A DNA stretch of 64,000 nucleotides from an uncultured virus (IMG/VR IMGVR_UViG_3300032300_000143) (Duplodnaviria > Heunggongvirae > Uroviricota > Caudoviricetes): IMG/VR virus record IMGVR_UViG_3300032300_000143. One strand, given 5' to 3'. Position 1 is the first letter of the stretch, and every line of letters starts with the position of its first letter. Of this stretch, positions 30,883 to 40,711 are shown piece by piece. A program made the translations under genes and the position numbers. The notes under the pieces were generated by a model. That model saw only the letters and a program-made list of their open reading frames with translations. It did no database searches and was not told the origin of the DNA.

Positions 30883-32964
30883 ATGCCATACATTGTAAAT
30901 TTTACCGATAACGAAAATAAGACACCGATCACAGTCTACGATAACACCTCAAACACAGATACCAGTTTGACATTCCCAGGAAGAAATGTCACTGGGTATG
31001 GTCAAACCATTGGTCAGAATTTTCTAGCTCTGTTAGAAAATTTTGCAGGCCCTGCACAACCAGTCAACCCTATTGAAGGACAGTTGTGGTTCGATACCAA
31101 CACAAGAACACTACAAATCTTCGATGGTGTTAGTTGGAAAGCAGCCAGCGACATTCAAAAAAGTGTTGTAGCTCCTTCTGTTGAACAAAGCAAAGTTGGT
31201 GAACTTTGGGTGGATACTGTAAATCAACAATTATATGTTTTTTCAGGTACAGACTGGATTTTAGTTGGACCTAACTTTTCAACAGGACTGTTAAGTGGCC
31301 CGTTAGTTGAGCAGATTATAGATACCAATAACGCTACCAAAGTAGTTTTAACTTTTTATGTAGAAGATAAACCGGTTGTAATCATCAGCAAAGATAGTTT
31401 TACCCCAAAAAATTCTATCACAGGATTTCTTGCAATTAGATCAGGAGTGAACATATCAGCTACAACTGATCTTGGACTAGGAGGATTTGCTCCCAAGCTG
31501 TACGGAACAGCTACATCGGCAGATGGATTAAATGTCAGTGGTGTAGTAATTGACAGTGGTAAATTTCTTAGATCGGATATTACCAATACTACTGAATTTG
31601 GATTGAACATAAGAAATAATTCAGGGATTAATATTGGAGTAGATAGCTCATTTAATCTTTCTAACTCGGCCACTGCTGCTAAAATTTATAATTCTTCAGC
31701 AGGCAGCAGTATTGATATTCAATTAAACTCTGACGGTATACCTAACACAGTATTAAGAGTAATCGATAATAAAATTGGAGTGAATAATCTCAGTCCACAG
31801 GAATCATTAGACATTACTGGCAACACCAGAATGAGTGGAAACCTAATTGTTGACAGCACAGTGGCTACCACCAATCTTAGCAATGGCTCAATTAGAACTG
31901 CTGGAGGACTAGCAGTAACTAAAAATGCATTGATCGGCACAACTTTAGAAGTAGTTGGAACTACTACTACAAGAAATATTGATCCAGCATTGAATGATAC
32001 TTTTGAATTTGGAAGTGTTACTAAGCGTTGGAAAACAATTAGAGCACAGACTATTATTGCAGAAACTGTAGAAGGAGTACTAGGAGGAGATATTAGCGGT
32101 AATGCTGTAACTGCCACTAGTTTACAAAATACTACATCATTCTCTATCACAGGGGATATAGCGTCAACCGCCCCAGTAACCTTTAACGGTAGCACTGGCG
32201 GTTATACAAAAACATTTAATACAACACTTTCTTCGTCTATCATCAGTAGTAAAGCAGAGCCCATTCCTAACAGATCTAAAACAGATGATTTTGTTTTGGT
32301 TTTTAGATCAAGTACCAGCGGACTACTTAAACAGTCTAGAGATACATTTATAGCTGATCTAGGATTACCAATCGGTGCTATTTTGCCTTATGCAGGTTCC
32401 AGTGCTCCTTATGGATTTTTGTTCTGTGACGGCGGCGAAGTAGAAAGAGGCAAATTTTCTGATTTATACGATATCATTGGTACAACCTACAACGGTGGCG
32501 ATCCGTTAGTTGGCGTTAATACTTTTAGAATTCCCGATCTAAGAGGTAGATTTGCGTTAGGAAGAGATAACATGGACAACGGTATCACAGTGCCCAACAG
32601 CACTGGCGGATATGTAGAAGGTGGTGGCGGTATAGTAGGAAGAGTATCTGGAACTGAACCTCAAAATATTGGCCAGTCTAGCGGCGCATCAACTCAAACA
32701 CTATTGGTTAGAAATCTTCCAGACCATGAACACGATATGGTAGGAAGTACTGGCGGCCAATATGCTGCTGTAAAATTAGATACTGCTTTGCCAACTGATT
32801 TTGGAGCATTTTTAGATGCAGGCCCAACTGCTGCAGGTAGATTTAATTATCTTCCTAATTCGGGAGGTATCAAAACCAATAGTCCGTTAAGTGACGCATT
32901 TTCGTTAATGAATCCGTTCCTAACTATAAACTACATTATTAGGTCAGGACCACCTGCATTCTAA
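30883..32964 (+). CDS. Tail fibre protein with tail-collar domain
   Basis: Shared fibre N-terminus (GRNVTGYGQ..QNFLALLENFA); collar motif PIGAILPYAG..P.GFLFCDG...FRIPDLRGRF; C-terminal MNPFLTINYIIR. Confidence 0.85.
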   Translation: MPYIVNFTDNENKTPITVYDNTSNTDTSLTFPGRNVTGYGQTIGQNFLALLENFAGPAQPVNPIEGQLWFDTNTRTLQIFDGVSWKAASDIQKSVVAPSVEQSKVGELWVDTVNQQLYVFSGTDWILVGPNFSTGLLSGPLVEQIIDTNNATKVVLTFYVEDKPVVIISKDSFTPKNSITGFLAIRSGVNISATTDLGLGGFAPKLYGTATSADGLNVSGVVIDSGKFLRSDITNTTEFGLNIRNNSGINIGVDSSFNLSNSATAAKIYNSSAGSSIDIQLNSDGIPNTVLRVIDNKIGVNNLSPQESLDITGNTRMSGNLIVDSTVATTNLSNGSIRTAGGLAVTKNALIGTTLEVVGTTTTRNIDPALNDTFEFGSVTKRWKTIRAQTIIAETVEGVLGGDISGNAVTATSLQNTTSFSITGDIASTAPVTFNGSTGGYTKTFNTTLSSSIISSKAEPIPNRSKTDDFVLVFRSSTSGLLKQSRDTFIADLGLPIGAILPYAGSSAPYGFLFCDGGEVERGKFSDLYDIIGTTYNGGDPLVGVNTFRIPDLRGRFALGRDNMDNGITVPNSTGGYVEGGGGIVGRVSGTEPQNIGQSSGASTQTLLVRNLPDHEHDMVGSTGGQYAAVKLDTALPTDFGAFLDAGPTAAGRFNYLPNSGGIKTNSPLSDAFSLMNPFLTINYIIRSGPPAF

Positions 32965-32974
32965 AGGATAAAAA

Positions 32975-34801
32975 ATGGCGTATTCGATTAATAAAACAGA
33001 CGGAACACTATTAGCTACTGTGGCTGACGGTCAAGTTGATGACTTAACAACTGATATTACCTTAATAGGAAAAAATTACAGTGGCTTTGGTGAATCGTTA
33101 AATGAAAATTTTATAAAACTTTTAGAAAATTTTGCAAGCACCAGTAGACCCGAGAATCCAATTAGAGGTCAGATATGGTTTGATGCCAGTGAAGCAAAAT
33201 TAAAAGTTTACACCGGTACAGGATTTGTTCCAGTAAGCTCGGCTAGTATTTCAAATTCTCAGCCAGCACAACCGGGTGCTGGTGATTTATGGTTTAACAA
33301 TATCAGCAAACAACTATACTTTTATGACGGTTTTAGTTTTATATTACTTGGACCTGCTTATTCTCAGGCACAAGGACTTAGTGGATTTAAAGTTGAAACT
33401 ATTTTAGATTCTTTAAATGCATCCCGTGTTGTAACCTATCTATATAACAATGGAATTTTGTTAGGAATATTTGCTAAAGACACATTTACACCTAAATTAA
33501 ACATTGAAGGTTTTAGTGGAAGTATTGTTCCCGGATTTAATGCTGGAACACTAGCAGGCATAAAATTTAATGTCACGGCAACTAACGCAGATCGACTTGA
33601 TAATATTACTGCGTCTCTTTATGCCCGTCGAGATCAAGCAAACAATTTTGCAGAACCGTTAATTATTACCAACAACAGCGGACTTAATGTAGGAGTTGGT
33701 ACCGAGGGAGCATTCAACGTTGCTGCTGGCAATGTAAGATTATACAACACAGCTTCAAATAAAAATCTTAGTTTTGCTGTACAAAAAGGAGTTGTAAGCG
33801 AAACAGCAGTTAACATTATTTCACCAACTCGAGAAATAAAAATTTATGACGGATTCACAGACAGTTTAACCACAGTGGGTGGTAGTCTTACAGTGGTAGG
33901 CGATCTTGTGGTTCAAGGAAACACAACCACTATCAATACTAATGTACTTACTATCGAAGACAAAAATATTGTGCTAGCTGCCACAGGTGACAGTTCAGCA
34001 GGAACTGATGTAAATGCAGACGGTGGTGGTATCATACTGCGAGGAACTACAGATCACGAATTTTTGTGGAACGGTCCTCAAACTGCGTGGGATAGCACTG
34101 AACATATCAATCTAACGGCAGGTAAAGCATATAAGATTAATGGTAACACTGTCATAAATGCATCGGAATGTTTTTCAAGTTCTTTTCCTAATTTGAATAA
34201 TGTAGGAACCTTGTTGAATTTGTCAGTAGACAACATTTTTATAGACAATCAAAGAATATCAACTATAAGTTCTCTAGATCTAGAGCTAGCACCAGATGGC
34301 ACTGGAAATATTGTACTAATTGGTTCACCTTTGCTGACAGGACTAGTTACTACTAATCAAAATTCACCAATACAAACCACTGAAAATACTGGATCAATTG
34401 GCACTGCATTAGGTGCTACTGAATTATCCGAAGCCACAAACAAGAAATATGTGTTGAATGTGGTAAGAACTCGATCACTAGTATTCAGTATAGATGTATC
34501 AGATTTTCCAACTGACGGTGATATTGCTATAATTTTAACAAGTTTGGCTCCTGTAAACGAATACGAAAACGGCACATTAGCTAGAATTTTGTGTACAAGA
34601 CTGTCAAATATCAGTTCCACTGCTACCACAAGTCTTGGAGCCCCATCTACTGCTGAATTTGTTACTCCAACAGGTACTGCATTTGCTATAACAAATCAAA
34701 CAATTGTAAGTCCTATTACCGTTGGTGCGCAACCTATCAGTGTTTTTAGAACTGTTAAAACTTTTATACTACAGGCAGGTGTCTGGACATTTAGCTCTTA
34801 A
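32975..34801 (+). CDS. Tail fibre paralog
   Basis: Same N-terminal module (GKNYSGFGESLNENFIKLLENFA); GDLVVQGNTTTINT..IEDKNI fibre motif. Confidence 0.75.
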   Translation: MAYSINKTDGTLLATVADGQVDDLTTDITLIGKNYSGFGESLNENFIKLLENFASTSRPENPIRGQIWFDASEAKLKVYTGTGFVPVSSASISNSQPAQPGAGDLWFNNISKQLYFYDGFSFILLGPAYSQAQGLSGFKVETILDSLNASRVVTYLYNNGILLGIFAKDTFTPKLNIEGFSGSIVPGFNAGTLAGIKFNVTATNADRLDNITASLYARRDQANNFAEPLIITNNSGLNVGVGTEGAFNVAAGNVRLYNTASNKNLSFAVQKGVVSETAVNIISPTREIKIYDGFTDSLTTVGGSLTVVGDLVVQGNTTTINTNVLTIEDKNIVLAATGDSSAGTDVNADGGGIILRGTTDHEFLWNGPQTAWDSTEHINLTAGKAYKINGNTVINASECFSSSFPNLNNVGTLLNLSVDNIFIDNQRISTISSLDLELAPDGTGNIVLIGSPLLTGLVTTNQNSPIQTTENTGSIGTALGATELSEATNKKYVLNVVRTRSLVFSIDVSDFPTDGDIAIILTSLAPVNEYENGTLARILCTRLSNISSTATTSLGAPSTAEFVTPTGTAFAITNQTIVSPITVGAQPISVFRTVKTFILQAGVWTFSS

Positions 34802-34809
34802 GTTAAATA
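34802..34809 (+). promoter_or_regulatory. Late promoter variant (GTTAAATA)
   Basis: Intergenic, just upstream of the AAGGAG RBS. Confidence 0.45.
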
Positions 34810-34825
34810 CATAAGGAGCGAATCA

Positions 34826-36637
34826 ATGCCATACATTATAAACAAATATAGCGGATCAGAACTTGTTGTTCTTCAAGACGGAACTTTAGATACTTCTACA
34901 AGTATTGGTTTACTTGGCAGAAATTATGTGGGCTACGGTGAAGTACAGAATGAAAATTTTCTATTTCTTTTAGAAAATTTTGCAGGGACTAACCCTCCAT
35001 CCCGTCCATTAGAAGGTCAAACCTGGTACGACAGTGTCAATAACAAATTAAATACCTATGATGGAATCAATTGGGTGCCGGTGGGAGCTGCTACAGCCTT
35101 AGAAACTGCACCTTCCGGACCAACTGAGGGTGCTTTTTGGTATAAAATCTCAACCAAACAATTGTATGTTTACTCCAATATATCAGGATGGACGCTTGTG
35201 GGACCTGAGGGAGTATCTGGCTTTGGTGAAACAAGAATCAAAGCAGCAATTTTAAGAGATTCTATCAACGTCAATCATGCAGTGTTATTGGTATTGGTCA
35301 ATGATGAAGTATTGTCCATACACAGTCCAGATACTTTTACAATCAATGCTTTAGATGCTATTATTGGTTTTAATGAGTTACAAAAAGGTATTACACTATC
35401 AACAAATACAGTGATCAATGGTAATCTTTTAGGCAATTCGTCCACTGCCACTAGATTACAAAACGGAAGATTTATCAACAGTGCTTACTTTGATGGTAAT
35501 AATGATATTACTATTACTGCCAATACTTCTGCTATTCTTACTAGAGGCACATATTTAACAGGCAGCAATTTTAACGGCAGTGCTGCTGCTACCTGGGCAG
35601 TAGATGCATCGTCGGCAAACTCCATAGGAAAGATAGTAGCTAGAGACAGCACTGGTAGTTTTGCCGGCGGGACGATTACAGCCGATCAATTTATAGGCCC
35701 GTTGTCGGGCAATGTCACGGCAATATCTGGTACCAGTACATTTTACAATCTTGTAGCCAACAACATACAAGGGTTTACATTCAACGGACTTGCAGCTCAG
35801 GCCAGCACGTTAACTCCCGGAAGAGCCATTAACGGTGTGCAGTTTAACGGATCGCAAGACGTCACAGTCACAGCCGCAGCCGGCACCTTGAGTGGAGCAA
35901 CATTGGCTTCTGGAGTAGTGAATTCTTCATTGACCTCAGTGGGAACATTGGCAGGTGTCTCAGTTACGGATACAGGAGCAACCATAGGAGATGCAGGAGA
36001 AATACATTTGTTTATAAATGGAAACGCTCCTACTCTAGCTATTACTAACGGCCTAGGTCTTACAATCACTATCAATGATGCGTTTCAAACCGGCGATGAA
36101 GCAAGTTTTGAATTTATCAGCAGTTCAGTGGCTCTAGCGAACGGCGGCACATCAGATCCTACTTTTGTAGGAGATGCTAATAGTAAATGTAATATAGGAC
36201 TTCCTAGCAGAACATTCGGCAACGTATATGCAGATATTTTTAACGGTGTTGCCACTAGCGTACAGAATGCTGACTTGGCCGAAAATTATACAACAGATGC
36301 AGAATATGCCCCAGGTACAGTGCTGGAATTCGGTGGAGAATTTGAAGTTACACTGGCACAAGATGGTACCAATAGAGTGGCAGGAGTTGTCACTACAAAT
36401 CCTGCTTATTTAATGAACAGCAACTGTCAAGGAACATATGTGGCAGCTGTAGCTTTACAGGGAAGAACACCCTGTAAAGTTAGAGGACACGTAAGAAAGG
36501 GTGATATGTTGATTAGCGGAGGAAACGGGTTCGCTAGAACTACCCAAACTCCACAAATGGGCACTGTGATAGGCAAAGCACTTGGTGATTTCGATGGCAT
36601 AGAAGGCATAATCGAAGTTGCTGTGGGTAGATTATAA
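34826..36637 (+). CDS. Tail fibre paralog with C-terminal intramolecular chaperone (peptidase G2 IMC-like)
   Basis: Shared N-terminus; C-terminal ADLAENY..Y.PGTVL..GVVTTNPAYLMN..VALQGRTPCKV.G..KGD. Confidence 0.8.
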   Translation: MPYIINKYSGSELVVLQDGTLDTSTSIGLLGRNYVGYGEVQNENFLFLLENFAGTNPPSRPLEGQTWYDSVNNKLNTYDGINWVPVGAATALETAPSGPTEGAFWYKISTKQLYVYSNISGWTLVGPEGVSGFGETRIKAAILRDSINVNHAVLLVLVNDEVLSIHSPDTFTINALDAIIGFNELQKGITLSTNTVINGNLLGNSSTATRLQNGRFINSAYFDGNNDITITANTSAILTRGTYLTGSNFNGSAAATWAVDASSANSIGKIVARDSTGSFAGGTITADQFIGPLSGNVTAISGTSTFYNLVANNIQGFTFNGLAAQASTLTPGRAINGVQFNGSQDVTVTAAAGTLSGATLASGVVNSSLTSVGTLAGVSVTDTGATIGDAGEIHLFINGNAPTLAITNGLGLTITINDAFQTGDEASFEFISSSVALANGGTSDPTFVGDANSKCNIGLPSRTFGNVYADIFNGVATSVQNADLAENYTTDAEYAPGTVLEFGGEFEVTLAQDGTNRVAGVVTTNPAYLMNSNCQGTYVAAVALQGRTPCKVRGHVRKGDMLISGGNGFARTTQTPQMGTVIGKALGDFDGIEGIIEVAVGRL

Positions 36638-36649
36638 TAAATCTACTCA

Positions 36650-36657
36650 GATAAATA
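36650..36657 (+). promoter_or_regulatory. Late promoter (GATAAATA) in the loop of an RBS-sequestering hairpin
   Basis: Flanked by a perfect 9-bp inverted repeat at 36640-36648 / 36672-36680. Confidence 0.65.
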
Positions 36658-36681
36658 ATAGAATAATATTGGAGTAGATTG

Positions 36682-38430
36682 ATGGCATATCAAGTAGACA
36701 GATTTAATGGCACGTTTTTAGTCTCAGTAGAAGACGGTACCATTGATACCACTACTGATCTACGCTTCTTAGGTAAAAATTACGCAGGCTATGGCGAAGT
36801 ACAGAACGAAAATTTCTTACACCTTTTAGAGAATTTTGCCAATACTTCTGCTCCACCAAGAGCTGTGTTAGGTCAAGTTTGGTACGACAGCACAAACAAA
36901 AAGATTAAATTCTATGACGGATCTAGATTTAGAACAGCTGGCGGATCTGAAGTAAGTGCCACAGCACCTTCTGGTCTTGTAGCAGGAGATTTTTGGTTAG
37001 ACACTTCCACTGAGCAACTATATGTATCTAATGGTACATCTTTTGTGCTAGTAGGGCCTCAAATAGCAGAAGATCCTGGAGCCACTGCTGTAGAAGTAGT
37101 AGTGGTCAAAGATACTAGTAATGTAAATCACACAATTATCAAATTCACTGTTAGCAGCGACACACAATATATAATGAGTAAGACTGCATTTACATTAAGC
37201 CCTTCAGTGAATCCTATTACTGGTTTTAGTGAAATTAAGAAAGGTCTTACTTTAATTAATACTCCGTCTACCGGAGTGACCACAGATGATCATATTCATT
37301 GGGGCACAGCTTCTAATGCAGCTAAACTAGGAGGTTTTGCAGCCAGTGAATATCTTAGAAATACTAATGCACTGTTTCCAAATGGTGCAAAATTTTACGA
37401 TGTTGGTTACACTCTAGGCGACACTGATGATTTAAAAGTATTTGTTGAATCCGGTGATAGTCCGATAATTTCTAATCAATTAGGATCTTCTGGATCCCAA
37501 ACAATCACTGTGCGAATTGTGACATCTGGAGGCGACAGAGATTATGTATTTGGTGCAGATGCTATCTATCCGGCAGCAAACAATGCAAGAAATCTAGGAG
37601 CAACATCTGCAAGATGGGCCACAGTGTTTGCTACCACATTCAATGGAGCTCTTACAGGCAATGTCATTGGTAACGTAACTGGTAATGTCACTGGCAACGT
37701 GACTGGTGCAGTCAACGGATCTTTGACTGGTAATATAATTTCATCCACAGGAGTCACTGTATTAAATTCCGGCACCGGCGCCGGCACAGCAGTATATGTG
37801 GGATCAGTCAACGGAACTGCCAGCAACGCTTTGCAATTAAACAGTAAAATTCAAGATGTTACTGCCGCCGCTGATACTATTGCTCTTCGAGATGCTAGCG
37901 GTAATCTAGTAGCTAATCAATTCACAGGAACAGCTACCCAGGCAAACACATTGTTATGGAGCGGATCGTATAGAACAGCAGCTAGTACTTCGACAGCTAA
38001 CACCGTTGTAATTAGAGATGCAAGTTCTAACATTTATTGTAATGTTTTAAATGGAACTGCTACTTCAGCACAGTATGCCGACCTAGCAGAAAAATATCTA
38101 ACAGATCGAGAATACGACACCGGAACAGTGGTAGTTGTAGGCGGAGAAAAAGAAGTTACTGCTAGCACTTGGGGCAAGCGTGCGATTGGTGTAGTAAGTG
38201 CTAATCCTGCATTTATGATGAATCGAGATCTTGAAGGCGGTACATATATTGCTCTTAAAGGCAGAGTTCCGGTAAAGGTAATAGGATCAGTTAAAAAGGG
38301 AGACAATCTAATAGCAGCTAATGACGGTTGTGCTTCTGTGTCAGTTCATCATTCTAGTGAGGTATTTGCGGTTGCATTAGAATCTAATAGCAATATAGGT
38401 GTAAAACTTGTTGAAGCTGTAATATTGTAA
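36682..38430 (+). CDS. Tail fibre paralog with C-terminal intramolecular chaperone
   Basis: Shared N-terminus; GNVT repeats; YADLAEKY..GVVSANPAFMMN..ALKGRVPVKV; ATG 36682 has a GGAG RBS. Confidence 0.8.
   Translation: MAYQVDRFNGTFLVSVEDGTIDTTTDLRFLGKNYAGYGEVQNENFLHLLENFANTSAPPRAVLGQVWYDSTNKKIKFYDGSRFRTAGGSEVSATAPSGLVAGDFWLDTSTEQLYVSNGTSFVLVGPQIAEDPGATAVEVVVVKDTSNVNHTIIKFTVSSDTQYIMSKTAFTLSPSVNPITGFSEIKKGLTLINTPSTGVTTDDHIHWGTASNAAKLGGFAASEYLRNTNALFPNGAKFYDVGYTLGDTDDLKVFVESGDSPIISNQLGSSGSQTITVRIVTSGGDRDYVFGADAIYPAANNARNLGATSARWATVFATTFNGALTGNVIGNVTGNVTGNVTGAVNGSLTGNIISSTGVTVLNSGTGAGTAVYVGSVNGTASNALQLNSKIQDVTAAADTIALRDASGNLVANQFTGTATQANTLLWSGSYRTAASTSTANTVVIRDASSNIYCNVLNGTATSAQYADLAEKYLTDREYDTGTVVVVGGEKEVTASTWGKRAIGVVSANPAFMMNRDLEGGTYIALKGRVPVKVIGSVKKGDNLIAANDGCASVSVHHSSEVFAVALESNSNIGVKLVEAVIL
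37657..37737 (+). repeat. Degenerate 12-bp coding repeat (GNVT)n
   Basis: Encodes GNVIGNVTGNVTGNVTGAVNGSLTGNI. Confidence 0.7.
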
Positions 38431-38439
38431 GGATTTAAA

Positions 38440-39348
38440 ATGGCTGCAGGTACAGGGGTAATAATTGAAGCAGTAGACTATAATACCATAAGAACAAAAA
38501 TTATTGGCATTATGGGAACAGGAGCTGGACAATCTGGCTACGGTCAAACATTGTTGAGTTCTCCTGTGGCCTTTGGCAACACAGTGACAAAGGCACAATG
38601 GGACAATTTGAGATTTGACATATTCAATGCTAGACTTCATCAAGATGGACTATCACCAACCATTGTCAATGCAGTATCAGGGCAACCTGTACGATACGGG
38701 GCGGGGCATCCCAACAATCAATATAACACTCAAGCAGATACCGCAATTGCAAATAAATTTAACATAGGCACAGGCCAATTTGTTATTGAGTCAGCTACGT
38801 CAGCTACTCGAACTACAGCATGGAATTCCAGTCTTACAGCAACAGTGACAGTAACCTTTGCTACCGCTGATCAAGCTCGTCACTTTTTTAACAGCGGCAG
38901 CAAGATACGATGTTCGAGTTCTAGAACAGGCGGTACAGCAAGTCCACAAAATTCTTCATGGTCAAACATATTAGATACTGCTGGTACAGTGGCATTTGGC
39001 GGAAACACCTCAGTATTGAATTTTTATAATTTAACAAATAGTTACCAAACATTTTTTACTTTGAGCTCAAGTGCCCCGTATACAGCAAACCAATATAGAA
39101 TTGAAGTAGTATCAAATATAGCCGATAATACCTTAGGTGGTGCTACTACTTTAACTTTTAGAGTTACATATTCTGATACCTATACATACACTGGTACCGG
39201 CAGTCCGAGTATTCCAGATAATGTTGATGGCACATTGACTCTTACTGTAGATGAATTGAGAGCATCCGGTACATTACAACCGTTAGGTACCGGCCCATTT
39301 GTTATAACAAGACCTAGTTACTCCATATCTGGCATATCCGGCTCTTAA
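38440..39348 (+). CDS. Virion structural protein (paralog A)
   Basis: Ser/Thr-rich; paralogous to the next ORF (GYGQTL.SS, W..LR.DI.NAR.HQDG, FFNSG..IR). Confidence 0.65.
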   Translation: MAAGTGVIIEAVDYNTIRTKIIGIMGTGAGQSGYGQTLLSSPVAFGNTVTKAQWDNLRFDIFNARLHQDGLSPTIVNAVSGQPVRYGAGHPNNQYNTQADTAIANKFNIGTGQFVIESATSATRTTAWNSSLTATVTVTFATADQARHFFNSGSKIRCSSSRTGGTASPQNSSWSNILDTAGTVAFGGNTSVLNFYNLTNSYQTFFTLSSSAPYTANQYRIEVVSNIADNTLGGATTLTFRVTYSDTYTYTGTGSPSIPDNVDGTLTLTVDELRASGTLQPLGTGPFVITRPSYSISGISGS

Positions 39349-39354
39349 CCCCTG

Positions 39355-39362
39355 TATAAATA
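39355..39362 (+). promoter_or_regulatory. Late promoter TATAAATA
   Basis: Exact T4 late consensus in an intergenic gap. Confidence 0.75.
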
Positions 39363-39389
39363 GTCTTATGAAAAGGATTAAGGACTACA

Positions 39390-40304
39390 ATGGCGGTTAA
39401 TGATCTTATAAAGACCACAGACTACAATAATTTACGTGCTAACATAATTGATATTATTGGCAACGGTTCTGCTACCTATGGGTACGGTCAAACTCTACAA
39501 AGTTCAGCCAAAGTCAATCATGAAAAAATCAGTCAAAACGACTGGGATCTACTTAGATACGATATTGTTAATGCTCGAACACATCAAGATGGAGTAGCGC
39601 CAACAATTACTGATATTGATGAAGGCCAGATTCTTTCTTTTACCAATAATACACAGTACAGTGGTCTAATCACAACCGCTGTAGCAAATAGATTCAACAT
39701 AGGTTCGGGTAGATTTTTAACAGAAAGTGCAGTAAGTTCTACTAGATCTACACCATGGAATACTTTGATTGTATGCGAAATCACCGCAACTTTTGCTAAT
39801 GCCGATCTATGTCGTTGGTTTTTTAATAGTGGTGGACAGATTAGAATTCAATCTTCACGAACTGGAGGCACCAGTACTGCTCAAAATAATGATTGGTCTA
39901 ATTTAACTACCTCTGCTGGAATGCAGGTATTCGGCAGTCAAACACCATCTGCTGGATTTAGTCCAATGAACGGTCAAAATTTTTATAGATTAACTAATTC
40001 TTATCAAAATTTTTATACCTTATCTTCATCTGCTCCGTACTCGGCAAACAGTTACAATTTAGATGCCAAGTGTGATGTTGCAAATAATTCCGCCGGTACA
40101 GCTACCACTGTGTTTATTCGAGTTAGATTTGTCGATAACTATACTGATCCAGGACCACTTGGACCGCCGTTCACTGGCGATGACGTTGACGGAACACTAA
40201 CCGTCACAGTTACTGAAAAAAGAGCTACAGGATCTTTAGTTCCATCCGGAACTTTTACCATCACTAGACCTACGTATTCAATTACTGCAATCGGCGGAAC
40301 ATAA
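39390..40304 (+). CDS. Virion structural protein (paralog B)
   Basis: Colinear paralog of 38440-39348. Confidence 0.65.
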   Translation: MAVNDLIKTTDYNNLRANIIDIIGNGSATYGYGQTLQSSAKVNHEKISQNDWDLLRYDIVNARTHQDGVAPTITDIDEGQILSFTNNTQYSGLITTAVANRFNIGSGRFLTESAVSSTRSTPWNTLIVCEITATFANADLCRWFFNSGGQIRIQSSRTGGTSTAQNNDWSNLTTSAGMQVFGSQTPSAGFSPMNGQNFYRLTNSYQNFYTLSSSAPYSANSYNLDAKCDVANNSAGTATTVFIRVRFVDNYTDPGPLGPPFTGDDVDGTLTVTVTEKRATGSLVPSGTFTITRPTYSITAIGGT

Positions 40305-40326
40305 TTTTTCATCATTAAAAGCAGCA

Positions 40327-40334
40327 TATAAATA
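40327..40334 (+). promoter_or_regulatory. Late promoter TATAAATA heading the glycosyltransferase/radical SAM operon
   Basis: Exact consensus, overlapped by the inverted repeat AGCATAT/ATATGCT (40323-40341). Confidence 0.75.
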
Positions 40335-40360
40335 ATATGCTACTATAACTGAGGATGATT

Positions 40361-40711
40361 ATGGACGACCGTTTACAAACCGCATTGGATTTTTCCAAGT
40401 ATCGCCAAACACTTGCAATACAAAGAAAGCTTCTAAAAGAAAAATTACAAGCTAGATTAACATATGGCACCGCCGGTGGCATTTTTTATATTGATAGGTC
40501 TTTAATTTCTTTTGTACAACTATGTATCGACCAGGGAAGAGTTTCTAATATACCCTTAATTGATAGCAATGAAAATCCTGTTCTGATTGATGATCTAGTT
40601 GAATTTCGAGATGAAATTTTTGATAGATATTTCTCGGCTAGTTTTCAATATATGAGCGAATATGATGCTATTAAAAAAAGCAGAACGGTTGAAAAATTAG
40701 TAGATTTATGA
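40361..40711 (+). CDS. Hypothetical protein
   Basis: ATG 40361 with GAGGA RBS; coupled to the next gene by an ATGA overlap. Confidence 0.7.
   Translation: MDDRLQTALDFSKYRQTLAIQRKLLKEKLQARLTYGTAGGIFYIDRSLISFVQLCIDQGRVSNIPLIDSNENPVLIDDLVEFRDEIFDRYFSASFQYMSEYDAIKKSRTVEKLVDL

Noticed and set aside
30883..38430. Diversity-generating retroelement or invertase shufflon acting on the fibres
   Set aside because: No reverse transcriptase, recombinase, or near-identical TR/VR repeat pair seen in the window.
6811..40327. Numerous minus-strand ORFs of 60-170 aa opposite the structural genes
   Set aside because: Antisense shadows fully overlapping well-supported genes, with no recognisable motifs.
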